Below, piece after piece: positions 20,005 through 29,624 of a DNA stretch of 64,000 nt (positions are counted from its first letter, which is position 1; every line of letters starts with the position of its first letter). Source of the DNA: Symbiobacterium thermophilum (lineage in GTDB: Bacteria; Bacillota; Sulfobacillia; DYFQ01); the NCBI GenBank assembly GCA_020725105.1, contig DYFQ01000006.1, forward strand, positions 2,392 through 66,391. Direction: 5' to 3'. The notes beneath the pieces were generated by a model that did no database searches, was not told where the DNA came from, and was given only the letters and a program-made list of their open reading frames with translations. The translations under genes and the position numbers were made by a program.

Positions 20005-20173
20005 GGCCAGGGCCCTGGGGGTCAACGGCAATAAAGGTTCGCCTCCTTCGCTGCGTGCCTCCCCCGTCGTCGAGGCCGGGCGACCGCCACCGCCCGGCCG
20101 TCCGATCTTCACCTCTTATTCTTCGCCGGACGCGACCGACTCCTGCCCCGCAAACGCCCCCCGCCGCGCCGCG

Positions 20174-21508
20174 TCAATTCTTACCAACGCCCAGCGTCGT
20201 GTCGGGCCCGACGATCACGGTCACGTCGGCCGAAGCGTCCTCGCCGGCCGCGTTCACGAGTTCGGCCGCCGACGCCACCTCCAGCACCGCCCGGCCGACC
20301 CGGCGAAGCTGGTCGCGGTCGCCGGTGTGGCCGATGACCTTGGTCGCCACGTAGTCCTGCCGTTCGGCGTTGGCCACCTGGACGACCTGGAAGCCGTAGG
20401 CCTCGAGCCGCGCCGCCATCTGGCCCCCCAGCCCCGGAATAGCTGTCCCGTTGAGCACCTGCACGCGGATCTGGGCGTTCTTCTCCCGGTCGATGCCGCG
20501 CAAGAGGGTGTCCACCACTTCCCGGGTGCCGTCCGGGTCGGCCACCCAGTAGCTGACCTGCTGGCCGCCCTCGTTGAGCCAGGCGTCGCGCCCGGGCACC
20601 ACCGCCATCTCGAGCCGGCCGTCGGCGTCGTCCACCTTGGTGGCCAGACGCACCATGCGCAGCATGTCCTTGGGTTCCAGGTTGGTGTCCACGTAAGGCA
20701 CCAGGTCGGCGATCATCTGGTGCAGCCGGAAGACGATCCGTAGCCGGTAGAGCCGGTCGACCACCGCCCGGATGAAGTTCTGCTGCCGCTGGACCCGGGC
20801 GATGTCACTGTCATTTCTGTAGCGGACGTACTGTAGCGCCTGATCTCCGTTGAGCAGCTGGCAGCCGGCCTTGAGATCGATGACCAGGTCCTGGGCGGGA
20901 TCCTCGTAGTACATGTCCTTCTCGACGCAGAGTTCCACGCCGCCCAGGGAATCCACCAGCCGGGCGAAGCCGGCGAAGTTGGTTCGCACGAAATAGTGCA
21001 GCCTGATTCCCAGGAACTTCTCGACGGTGGCCATGGCCAGGGCGGGCCCGCCGTAGGCGTGGGCGTGCCCGGCCTTCTGCCAGCCGTGGCCGGGAATGGC
21101 CACCCGCGTGTCGCGGGGAATGGAGACGAGACCAGCCTCCCGAGTCTCGGGGTCCATGGAGACCACGATGATCGTGTCGGTGCGGGAAGGACAGTCCCGC
21201 ACGTCCACGTCCAGTACCCGGCCGGTCTTGGGATCCTGGCACGCGTCGACGCCGAGAAAGAGAATGTTGATCCGCTCGTCGGGCCGGGGCTCCCCGACGG
21301 CGCCCGGCTCGTCCTGCCCGGGAAGGACGGTGTGAAATTCCCTCAGGGACGCCAGGAGGGTCGACACGTATACCGAACCGCCGAGGGCCACGACCAGCAG
21401 CACCGCGCCGACGGCCAGCACCAGTCCCCAGGCGCGGCGGCTCAGTCGCGGGCCGCGGCGAGGGGGTCGTCGCCGTCGAACGCTCGGCCTGGGTCGCCAG
21501 TCGGTCAA
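20174..21508 (-). CDS. LytR-CpsA-Psr (LCP) family cell-envelope protein
   Basis: N-terminal cytoplasmic Arg-rich tail plus TM, then LCP domain NILFLGVDA...RTDTIIVVSMDP. Confidence 0.8.
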   Translation of the reverse strand: MTDWRPRPSVRRRRPPRRGPRLSRRAWGLVLAVGAVLLVVALGGSVYVSTLLASLREFHTVLPGQDEPGAVGEPRPDERINILFLGVDACQDPKTGRVLDVDVRDCPSRTDTIIVVSMDPETREAGLVSIPRDTRVAIPGHGWQKAGHAHAYGGPALAMATVEKFLGIRLHYFVRTNFAGFARLVDSLGGVELCVEKDMYYEDPAQDLVIDLKAGCQLLNGDQALQYVRYRNDSDIARVQRQQNFIRAVVDRLYRLRIVFRLHQMIADLVPYVDTNLEPKDMLRMVRLATKVDDADGRLEMAVVPGRDAWLNEGGQQVSYWVADPDGTREVVDTLLRGIDREKNAQIRVQVLNGTAIPGLGGQMAARLEAYGFQVVQVANAERQDYVATKVIGHTGDRDQLRRVGRAVLEVASAAELVNAAGEDASADVTVIVGPDTTLGVGKN

Positions 21509-21676
21509 ACCCTGTATGCCTCCCGCGCCCTCACCGCCTGACTCGCGTTGGGCGGCGTGACCTCATGATAGCAGAGGGAAACCGCCGGGAGCAACAAACT
21601 CCCAGGTAAACATCAAGCCAGCGCGAGTCGCTCCCGCTCCGTTTAGACGGGCGCGGACAATCCCTGGTTCCCGCGG

Positions 21677-21934
21677 TCAGAACCTGGCCGGGCGTGGCCT
21701 GGCCTCGTTCACGACGAGCGGGCGGCCCTCGAGGGTCGTGCCGTTCATGGCAGCCACGGCCCGCTCGGCGTCGGCGTCTTCGACCTCCACAAATCCGAAG
21801 CCACGGGAGCGCCCGGTCTGCCGGTCGGTGATGATCCGGCAGCTCAGGACCTTCACGTGGGCGGCGAAGGCCCGGGCCAGCTCTTCCTCGGTGGTCGCCC
21901 AGGGCAGATTCCCCACGTACAGCGTCTTGGCCAC
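21677..21934 (-). CDS. RRM-domain RNA-binding protein
   Basis: 85 aa; RNP2 LYVGNLPW and RNP1 RGFGFVEV motifs. Confidence 0.7.
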   Translation of the reverse strand: MAKTLYVGNLPWATTEEELARAFAAHVKVLSCRIITDRQTGRSRGFGFVEVEDADAERAVAAMNGTTLEGRPLVVNEARPRPARF

Positions 21935-21973
21935 CTGGTCTCCTCCTCCCCGCGCTTGGTGTCGACAGGCGCT

Positions 21974-22585
21974 TCAAGCCCTGGCGTAGAGCCGGTGTTT
22001 CTGGATGTAAACCTCGACCGCCTCGGGTACCAGGTAGCGGATGGGTCTACCGTCCCGCACCCGCTGCCGGATGTCGGTGGAGGAGATGGCCACGCCGGGT
22101 ACTGCCACCCGGTGGAACCGGCGCCCGTGGCCCTGCTCCAGCCTGGCCACCCACTCCTGGAGCCGCCGGGCGGACGTTCCGGGGCGGGTCACGGCGATGA
22201 ACTGGCAGCTCTCCAGGAGCGCGTCGGACCGGTTCCAGGAGAAGATCTCCATGATGGCGTCGGCGCCGGTGACGAAGAAGATCTCCGCCTCGGGGCCATG
22301 TAGCTCCCGGAGCGCCGTGATGGTGTCCACCGTGTAGGAAGGTCCGGGCCGGTCCAGTTCGATCCGGGACACGTCGAACCTGGGGTTCGACGCCGTGGCC
22401 AGCAGCGTCATGGCGTAGCGGTGTTCGGCCGCGGTGACGGGTACTTCGGCCTTGTGGGGAGGCTGCCCGGCGGGGACGAACAGGATCCGGTCAAGGCCGA
22501 AACTTTCCCGCGCCGATTCGGCGGCCACCAGGTGGCCATAGTGAATCGGGTCGAAAGTTCCCCCCATCACGCCCAGGCGAGTCAT
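21974..22585 (-). CDS. nadD: Nicotinate-nucleotide adenylyltransferase NadD
   Basis: MTRLGVMGGTFDPIHYGHL... (H/T-x-G-H motif). The track ORF has a 26-aa upstream extension to 22663 that is probably not translated. Confidence 0.85.
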   Translation of the reverse strand: MTRLGVMGGTFDPIHYGHLVAAESARESFGLDRILFVPAGQPPHKAEVPVTAAEHRYAMTLLATASNPRFDVSRIELDRPGPSYTVDTITALRELHGPEAEIFFVTGADAIMEIFSWNRSDALLESCQFIAVTRPGTSARRLQEWVARLEQGHGRRFHRVAVPGVAISSTDIRQRVRDGRPIRYLVPEAVEVYIQKHRLYARA

Positions 22586-22722
22586 CGCCGCCGGTTTGTC
22601 CACCCCGGAGACCGTCCTCAGGCCGTTCGCCCCCACGAGCACCCCCTTTGCTTCGCTGGCCACCTGACGATTCCTGCTTTACCAGGCGCCCAGGGGACGG
22701 AGGGCTGGTTCTGGCCGGCCAG

Positions 22723-24006
22723 CTACGTCAACTCGAACTCGGCCCCCTCGACGCGAACAGTGTCGCCGGGTCCAGCCCCGGCTTCCCTGAGGGCACGCAG
22801 GGCTCCCATCCGGCCCAGGCGCTCCCTGAAGTAGGCCACGGCTTCCTCGTTCCCCCAGTCGATCCGGCGGGCCAGCCGTTCCACCCGCGGGCCTCGGAGC
22901 ACGAAGACCTCGCCGTCCCGCTCCACTTTAAACCCCGCCTGGTCGCGGGGCCGGGGCCGGTAAACCCGGCGGGCCGGCCCGGGTGGCGGCCCGGCGGCCG
23001 GTTCGGCAGGCAGGGTCTGGAGGAGGCCCGCGATCGCCTGGACGAGTTCGGGCAGCCCTTCCCCGGTCAGCGCCGAGACCGGCACCACGGCGCCATAGCC
23101 GCGCTGGGCCAGCCCCCGGCGGACCGTTTGCAGCCGGGCCCGGGCCTCCGGGAGGTCCAGCTTGTTGAGGGCGACGATGGCCGGGCGCCGGACCAGGTCC
23201 TGGCTGTAGGCCCGAAGCTCCGCGACCAGGGTTTCGAAGTCCTCGAGGGGATCGCGGCCTTCCAGGCCCGAGGTGTCGAGCACGTAGACGAGAACCCGCG
23301 TCCGCTCGACGTGGCGGAGAAACTCGTGTCCCAGTCCCGCCCCCTGGTGCGCGCCGGCGATGAGCCCGGGGATGTCGGCCAGGACAAAGCTCCGGCCGTC
23401 TCCGGCGCCCACCACCCCCAGGTAAGGGACCAGCGTGGTGAAGGGGTAATCGGCGATCTTGGGCCGGGCCGCGGACACCCGCGACAGAAGCGTCGACTTG
23501 CCGGCGTTGGGCAGGCCCACCAGCCCGGCGTCGGCCAGCACCCTGAGTTCGAGCCTGATCCAGCCCGCCTCACCCGGCTCGCCCCGCTCGGCAAAGCGGG
23601 GCACCCGGCGGGCGGCCGTGGCGAACCGGGCGTTGCCCCGCCCGCCGCGGCCGCCCTGGACCACCACCAGGGTCTGGCCCGGCTCGGTCAGGTCGCCGAG
23701 CACGTTGCCGGCGTCGTCGCGGACCAGGGTGCCCGGGGGCACCGGGATGACCAGGTCTTCACCGTTCTTGCCGTGCCGCCCCGAGCCCATGCCGTGCTGG
23801 CCCCGCCCGGCCTTGAAGTGGCGCTGGTAACGGAAATCGACCAGGGTGCGCAGACCTGGATCTACCCGCAGCACGACGGAGCCACCGTGGCCCCCGTCGC
23901 CGCCGTCGGGGCCCCCGCGGGGCACGAACTTCTCCCGGCGGAAGCTGACGCAGCCGTTTCCCCCTGCCCCGCCGCTGACGTGAATCCGGGCCGTGTCGAC
24001 GAACAT
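22723..24006 (-). CDS. obg: GTPase Obg/CgtA
   Basis: MFVDTARIHVSGGAGGNGCVSFRREKF (Obg fold), G-domain GLPNAGKSTLL, C-terminal OCT/TGS-like domain. Start at ~24006; the track ORF extends to 24114. Confidence 0.9.
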   Translation of the reverse strand: MFVDTARIHVSGGAGGNGCVSFRREKFVPRGGPDGGDGGHGGSVVLRVDPGLRTLVDFRYQRHFKAGRGQHGMGSGRHGKNGEDLVIPVPPGTLVRDDAGNVLGDLTEPGQTLVVVQGGRGGRGNARFATAARRVPRFAERGEPGEAGWIRLELRVLADAGLVGLPNAGKSTLLSRVSAARPKIADYPFTTLVPYLGVVGAGDGRSFVLADIPGLIAGAHQGAGLGHEFLRHVERTRVLVYVLDTSGLEGRDPLEDFETLVAELRAYSQDLVRRPAIVALNKLDLPEARARLQTVRRGLAQRGYGAVVPVSALTGEGLPELVQAIAGLLQTLPAEPAAGPPPGPARRVYRPRPRDQAGFKVERDGEVFVLRGPRVERLARRIDWGNEEAVAYFRERLGRMGALRALREAGAGPGDTVRVEGAEFELT

Positions 24007-24138
24007 GCCGTCCGGCCGGCCTCCCCCGCTCCGGACCCCGCGCCCGGGGACGCCAAAGCGGGCCCCGGAACCCTGGGGTCCGGAGCCCGCTTCACCTTGC
24101 ACGCCGTGAAGCACCGGAGTTGTCCGGCGCCGGGCCGC

Positions 24139-24408
24139 CTAACCGATGAGGGCGGGCTCCGGCCTCACGTTCACCTGCTTCTTGTCCTTGCCCAGCCGCT
24201 GAAAAGTCACGTAGCCGTCGGCGAGGGCGAAGAGGGTGTCGTCCCGCCCGCGTCCGACGTTCAGGCCGGGATGGACCCGGGTCCCCCGCTGCCGCACGAG
24301 AATGCTGCCGGCGGAGACGAACTGGCCGTCGAACCGCTTGGCGCCGAGCCGCTTGGAGCGGGAGTCCCGGCCGTTGCGGGTGCTGCCCTGTCCCTTCTTG
24401 TGTGCCAT
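24139..24408 (-). CDS. rpmA: 50S ribosomal protein L27, without the Firmicute N-terminal propeptide
   Basis: [31 protein letters not shown]... Confidence 0.9.
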   Translation of the reverse strand: MAHKKGQGSTRNGRDSRSKRLGAKRFDGQFVSAGSILVRQRGTRVHPGLNVGRGRDDTLFALADGYVTFQRLGKDKKQVNVRPEPALIG

Positions 24409-24454
24409 CGGGCCACCTCCTCACCCGGTCCCGGGACTTCGGCCCCGGTTCCTG

Positions 24455-24766
24455 CTAGGCCTGAATGTTGTCGATCCTGACCCGGGTATAGCCTTGCCGG
24501 TGCCCGTAGCGGCGGCGGTAGTTGACCTTTGGCTTGTACTTGAGACCCCGGATCTTCTTGCCCCGCCCGTGCTCCAGCACGGTTCCCACCGCCCGGGCGC
24601 CGGGCACGACCGGATTGCCCACCGCCACCTTACCGTCCGCGCGCACCACCAGCACGCGATCGAACGCGACTTCCTGTCCGACGTCCGCGTCAAGCCGTTC
24701 CACGGTGATGACATCGCCGGCGGCCACCCGGTACTGCTTGCCGCCGGTTTCAACGATGGCGTACAT
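24455..24766 (-). CDS. rplU: 50S ribosomal protein L21
   Basis: [25 protein letters not shown]...; a 46-nt gap to rpmA with no Prp (ysxB) gene between. Confidence 0.9.
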   Translation of the reverse strand: MYAIVETGGKQYRVAAGDVITVERLDADVGQEVAFDRVLVVRADGKVAVGNPVVPGARAVGTVLEHGRGKKIRGLKYKPKVNYRRRYGHRQGYTRVRIDNIQA

Positions 24767-24840
24767 GGGCGTCCCTTCCGTCCTCCGTAGCCGGGCCGTG
24801 CCCCCGGAGCGGGCCACACTGGCCGGCTCAGCAACACCTT

Positions 24841-24869
24841 ATGCTAGCACAGGACCGCAGCCCAGTCAA
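24841..24869 (-). promoter_or_regulatory. Putative sigma-A promoter (TTGACT-17-TAGCAT) for rplU-rpmA-obg; overlaps the rng stop codon
   Basis: Minus strand reads gaTTGACTgggctgcggtcctgtgcTAGCATaagg, ~70 nt upstream of the rplU start. Confidence 0.35.
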
Positions 24870-26589
24870 TCGACCGTGTCCCCGACCACGCGGGCCTTGG
24901 CGTAGGTGCGGTGGACCTTGGTGATCTCCACCTTCACCCGCTCGCCCACCAGCCTGGAGCCGCCTTCCACGTCCACCACGTAACCCTCGATGCGGGCAAT
25001 GCCGTCCCAGGTGTTGGCGACGTGGGGTTCTTCCACCTTGACCTCCACCACTTCGCCCTGGCGCACCGGGAGGGCCAGGCGCTCCACTTCCTCACGGGTA
25101 CCCAGCACCCTGACGCGGGTCTCCGCCAGGTGGCAGGCTTCGGAGCCCCGCACGTAAATGGTTTTCCCCGTTTCCCGCTCCAGTTCCCGCAGGTTGGCGC
25201 CGCCAGAGCCGATGACCAGCGCCGCCGGAGCCGGGTGCATCTCGATGAGCATGGCTTCCGCGTCGGAGTCGCGCAGGATGGCCCGGATCTCCCGGCGCAC
25301 CCGGTTGGCCACCGTCTCCTCCGACTGGACCTTGCCCTTGCCGTCACAGTACGGGCAAGGCTTCATGATCACGTCTTCCAGGCTCTGGCGGGCTTTCTTC
25401 CTGGTCATCTCCACCAGGCCCAGCTGGGTGATGCCCAGCACGTGACTGCGGACCCGGTCCCGGGCCAGATGGGCCTCGAGTTGCCGGACCACCTGGCGCC
25501 GGTGCCGCTCCGACTCCATGTCGATGAAGTCGATGACGATGATGCCCCCGATATCGCGCAGCCTCAACTGCCGGGCGATCTCCGCCGCCGCCTCCAGGTT
25601 GGTCCTGAGCACCGTGTCGGCCAGGTTGGTGGAACCCACGAACTTGCCCGTGTTCACGTCGATGACGGTGAGGGCCTCGGTCTGGTCGATGACCAGGAAG
25701 CCGCCGGACTTGAGCCAGACCCGGCGCTTGAGGGCCTTTTCCACCTCGCCCTCGATGCCGTGGGCCTCGAGCACCGGCCGCTGCCGGTTGGTGTAGAGTT
25801 GCACCCGGTCCTTCAGATCCGGGGCCATGTCGTCCAGCAGTTCAAGCACCCGGTCGTGCTCGGGCCGGGAGTCGATGACGAATCGGGTCACCTCGTCGTT
25901 GAAGCTGTCCCGCACCACCCGGTATACCAGCCCCAGGTCCTTGTGCAGCAGGTGCGGCGCCGGGTTGGAGCGAGCCCGGTTCTGGATCTTGGTCCAGAGC
26001 CGGGTGAGAAAGGCGACGTCCTGCTCCAGGGCGGCCGCGTCCTTGCCTTCGGCCACCGTCCGGACGATGAGGCCCATCCCATCGGGCTTGACCTGCTCGG
26101 CCAGGTGGCGCAGGCGGTCCCGCTCCCGGGCGTCCCCGATGCGGCGTGACACGCCCACGTAGTCGACGGTGGGCATCAGCACCAGGAACCGCCCGGGCAG
26201 GGTGAGCTGGGTGGTGATCCGGGCGCCCTTGGAACCGATGGCCTCCTTGGTGACCTGCACGATGACGTCCTGGTTGGGCTTGAGCACGTCCTTGATGGAG
26301 AGGCGGCGGGGGTCGATGTCGAGTTCCTCGTCGTCTTCATCGGCGCCGCGCTGGGGCAGGGCGTCGGTCACGTAGAGAAAGGCGTTGCGCTCCAGGCCGA
26401 TGTTGACGAAGGCGGCCTGCATGCCGGGGAGGACGTTTTCCACCTTGCCCTTGTAGATGTTGCCTACCGCGCGCTGGTGGACGGGCCGCTCGTACATGAG
26501 TTCGACCAGCACGCCGTCTTCCAGCACCGCAACGCGGGTCTCGCCCTGGTCCACGTTGACCAGGATCTCCCGCTGCAGCCGCTTGGCCA
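24866..26589 (-). CDS. rng: Ribonuclease G/E family endoribonuclease (Rng/CafA-like)
   Basis: MAKRLQREILVNVDQGETRVAVLEDGVLVELMYERP... (S1 domain, DNase-I-like catalytic domain). Start ATG ~26589 is preceded by CGAGGAGUGG; the track ORF over-extends to 26902. Confidence 0.85.
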
Positions 26590-26898
26590 TGAACTTGTCC
26601 ACTCCTCGAAAGGTCAAACCTCGTCTTGCGCGCCACTGCGGCGGACGCACGGCCTTTCGGCCGGCCTGGACGGCTCCGGCCCAAATCCAGGGCCGGGCGG
26701 TTCGCCGCCGGCGGGACAGCCGGCAAACGCTGTCCCCTGCATAACCTGGCTGTCGAAAGCTTTCACCGGGTAAACGCAGGCCGGCCTCATACCGCTCGAG
26801 GCCGGACCCGCCGACCCCTCGCTCCGGTTGCTTGAGCCCGCCTGCCGGGCCCGCTTTGCCGGCCGCCGGAGCGGGCGGCCGCAACCGTCGTTTCCGGT

Positions 26899-27927
26899 TC
26901 AAAGGTCACGCTTATTATACCGCCACGGGAACATGTTTTCCACCGGCCGCCGCTCACCGCGCGAGCACCGTCCCGGCCTGGCGGCGGCCTGGCGGCACCC
27001 GGGCGGGCGGCCCGGGCCCGAACCCAGCAGATCGCCGAGGGTCGGCCCGGCACCACCGGCCAGCGCCGCGAGAAGCTGTCCCTCGGTGAGCTGGCCCAGC
27101 AGGTGACCACGGCCGTCGGCCACCAGCACCACGTGGTAGGCGTCGGGGCTGAAGTGAACGAGACACTCGGCGACGCGAGCCGTGGCCGCCACGGCCAGGT
27201 GGCGGACGGGAAGGATCCCCCGCCGCGAAAGGACGTCGCCCTTGCGCAACAGCGCGTTGATCCGCCGGGCAATGACCATCCGCTCCTCCCGTCCCGCCCG
27301 GTAGAGAAAGGCCGCCGTCAGCCAGCCGTTCAACGCCAGGCCGGCCAGGACCGGGCGCCAGCCCGGGGGAGCCAGCCCGGGGAGGGCGGCCGCCGCGCAG
27401 CCGGTTGCGGCCGCCGCGAGCCCCCACGCCAGCCCCCGGCCCAGGCGGACCAGTCGCCGGGAGGCGCGGGCCAGGCCCAGCCGCCGCGAGGCCAGCCCCA
27501 GATATATCCGCCCGCCGTCCAGCGGCAAGGCGGGCAGCAGGTTGAAGGCGCCGAGCCCCAGGTTGGCCAGGACGGCCCAGTCCAGTAGCCCCCCTGGCGG
27601 CGACACGAGGCCGGCCCGGTTCAGCCCTGTCGCCGCCGCCGCCAGGCAGAAACTGAAGAGCGGGCCGGCCGCGGCCACAGCCGCCTCGGTACCGGGCTCG
27701 GCGCCCGCGTCGATCCGGGCAATCCCGCCGAAGGGGTACAGTTCCACCGACGCCACCCGGGCGCCGGCCACCCGGGCGGCGGCGGCGTGGGCCAGTTCGT
27801 GGAGGAACACACTGCCCAGCACCACCAGGGCCGGCCCGCCGAGGCCGGCGGCGGCCAGCAGGGCGACCCAGAGCACCAGCGCCGGGTGAATGCCGATGGG
27901 AAACCCCAGGCCAAGGAAGAGGCGCAC
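26899..27927 (-). CDS. Site-2 (M50) metalloprotease with C-terminal CBS-like region, SpoIVFB-like
   Basis: HELAHAAAAR (HExxH) and NLLPALPLDGGRI (LDG motif) in TM helices; sits downstream of an M23/LytM protein as in the spoIVFA-spoIVFB operon. Confidence 0.75.
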   Translation of the reverse strand: MRLFLGLGFPIGIHPALVLWVALLAAAGLGGPALVVLGSVFLHELAHAAAARVAGARVASVELYPFGGIARIDAGAEPGTEAAVAAAGPLFSFCLAAAATGLNRAGLVSPPGGLLDWAVLANLGLGAFNLLPALPLDGGRIYLGLASRRLGLARASRRLVRLGRGLAWGLAAAATGCAAAALPGLAPPGWRPVLAGLALNGWLTAAFLYRAGREERMVIARRINALLRKGDVLSRRGILPVRHLAVAATARVAECLVHFSPDAYHVVLVADGRGHLLGQLTEGQLLAALAGGAGPTLGDLLGSGPGRPPGCRQAAARPGRCSRGERRPVENMFPWRYNKRDL

Positions 27928-27929
27928 CC

Positions 27930-28724
27930 TCAGCGCTCCTCGCCGGCGACCTCGGGCCCCGGTAGCCAGGCCACGGGGTCCTGAGGCCGGCCCCGCAGCC
28001 GGACCTCGAAGTGGAGGTGGGGCCGGAGCGCGATGCCGGTGCGGCCGACGGTGCCCAGCACGTCGCCCTGCCGGACCGGCATCCCGGTCTCGACCAGGAC
28101 CTCGGCCAGGTGGGCGTAAAAGGTCGTCAGGGCCTCCCCGTGGTCCAGTTCCACCGTACGCCCGTAGCTCTGGCTCCTGGCCACCCGCAGGACCACGCCG
28201 TCCTTGACGGCCACGACCGGAGTCCCCTCGGGCGCGTCAAGGTCGATCCCGTCGTGGAAGGTCTCCGTCCTGAACACCGGGTGGATCCGGGGACCGTAGC
28301 CCGAGGTGACCACCCCGGTCACCGGCGCGATGAAGGTCGGGCGAACCGCCTCGCGGGCGCTTTCGGAGGCTTTTTCGCCGGCGTTAACCGCCGGCGCGGC
28401 CCACGCCCCGGCCAGACCCCGCCACGCGCGAACGGTCCGGCCGCGCCACCCGCCCCGGCCGTCCGTGACGGCGGCGGCCACCGCCCGGGCGGCGGCGGCC
28501 AGGTCGTAGGGCCGGTTCGCCGCCTCCAGCAGGTTCTGGGCCCGGGCACGGACGGCCGGGGCGGGACTGGCCCGCAGCTGGACCAGCAGCCCGAAGATGG
28601 CCAGGGCCGCCACCCACTGCCGGGCGCTCCGGGATCGGGCGAGGGCCTGCCACCACCCGCCCTCCCCGAGCCCGCGGCGGCCCGGTTTCGGCTGGGGCTT
28701 TCGGCGCCGCCACCGCCTGCCCAC
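27930..28724 (-). CDS. M23/LytM-domain membrane protein (SpoIVFA/SpoIIQ-like)
   Basis: N-terminal TM (WVAALAIFGLLVQL); LytM motifs FHDGIDLDAPEGTPV and HLHFEVRL. Confidence 0.75.
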   Translation of the reverse strand: MGRRWRRRKPQPKPGRRGLGEGGWWQALARSRSARQWVAALAIFGLLVQLRASPAPAVRARAQNLLEAANRPYDLAAAARAVAAAVTDGRGGWRGRTVRAWRGLAGAWAAPAVNAGEKASESAREAVRPTFIAPVTGVVTSGYGPRIHPVFRTETFHDGIDLDAPEGTPVVAVKDGVVLRVARSQSYGRTVELDHGEALTTFYAHLAEVLVETGMPVRQGDVLGTVGRTGIALRPHLHFEVRLRGRPQDPVAWLPGPEVAGEER

Positions 28725-28879
28725 GGGGCATCCTCCCGTTCCGGTAGGCCATGTATATGGGTGAAAGCGGAGGAGGTATGCTGCGCCGTGCCCCGCCCGG
28801 ACCGTCGCGGCTCCACCGCGACCGTTGTGGCTGAGCCACGGCCGTGGTAGAATCGAGCCGACAAGTTCATCTTGCGGGT

Positions 28880-28975
28880 ACCGCTAGGGGAGCGTTCGCT
28901 GAGAGAGCGGGGCTGGATGCCGCCGCTGACCCTCATGACCTGACCCGGGTAATGCCGGCGTAGGGAAGTGGGCCA
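28880..28975 (+). ncRNA. TPP (thiamine pyrophosphate) riboswitch, THI element
   Basis: ctaGGGGAGCgttcgCUGAGAgagcgg...ACCUGACCCGGGUAAUGCCGGCGUAGGGAAg matches the THI-box consensus (CUGAGA, ACCUGAUCUGGAUAAUGCCAGCGUAGGGAA); ~90 nt upstream of thiT. Confidence 0.85.
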
Positions 28976-29066
28976 CCCAGAACCACCGTCACGGCTGCCC
29001 CCGGCAGCCGTTCGTGTTCTCCCGGCCGGCGCCCCCTGCGCGTCACCCGTGCGGGAGGTATCCGAG

Positions 29067-29624
29067 TTGAGCAGGTTCAGCACCCGGGCCGTGGTGGAGG
29101 CCGGGGTCATGGTGGGCCTGGCCTTCGCCCTGTCCTTCGTGAAGGTGTTCCAGATGCCCCAGGGGGGCTCGGTCACCGCCGGCAGCATGATCCCCCTCTT
29201 GATCCTGGCCATCCGCCACGGGCCCGGGCTCGGCATCACGGCGGGGGTCGCCTACGGCTTGCTCGAGGCGATCCAGGACAGCTACGTGGTGCACCCGGCC
29301 CAGTTTCTGCTGGACTATCCGGTCGCCTTCGGGCTCCTGGGAGCGGCCGGCTGGTTTGGTCGGCTGCCAGCGGTCGGAAGCGCCGTGGGCATCGCCGGCC
29401 GCTTCGCGGCACATTTTCTCTCCGGGGTCATCTTTTTCGCCCAGTACGCCCCCGAGGGCGTCTCGCCCTGGGCGTACTCGGCCGTCTACAACGGAAGCTA
29501 CCTGCTGCCCGAACTGGTCATCAGCACCGTTGTCGTCTTCATCCTGGCCCGTACCCTTCTTGCCCGGCTGCCCGCCCCCTCGCCCGGGGCGTCGCCGGGA
29601 GCCTCCGGCGGGGCGGAAGCTTGA
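29067..29624 (+). CDS. thiT: Thiamine transporter ThiT (ECF-transporter S component)
   Basis: FQMPQGGSVTAGSMIPLLILA...HPAQFLLDYPVAFG...HFLSGVIFFAQYAPEG matches ThiT/YuaJ. Start inferred at TTG 29067 after GGGAGG; the track ORF starts at 28968. Confidence 0.8.
   Translation: MSRFSTRAVVEAGVMVGLAFALSFVKVFQMPQGGSVTAGSMIPLLILAIRHGPGLGITAGVAYGLLEAIQDSYVVHPAQFLLDYPVAFGLLGAAGWFGRLPAVGSAVGIAGRFAAHFLSGVIFFAQYAPEGVSPWAYSAVYNGSYLLPELVISTVVVFILARTLLARLPAPSPGASPGASGGAEA

Noticed and set aside
22648-24480. 610-aa plus-strand ORF
   Set aside because: Antisense to obg/rpmA; obg and L27 are unambiguous on the minus strand.
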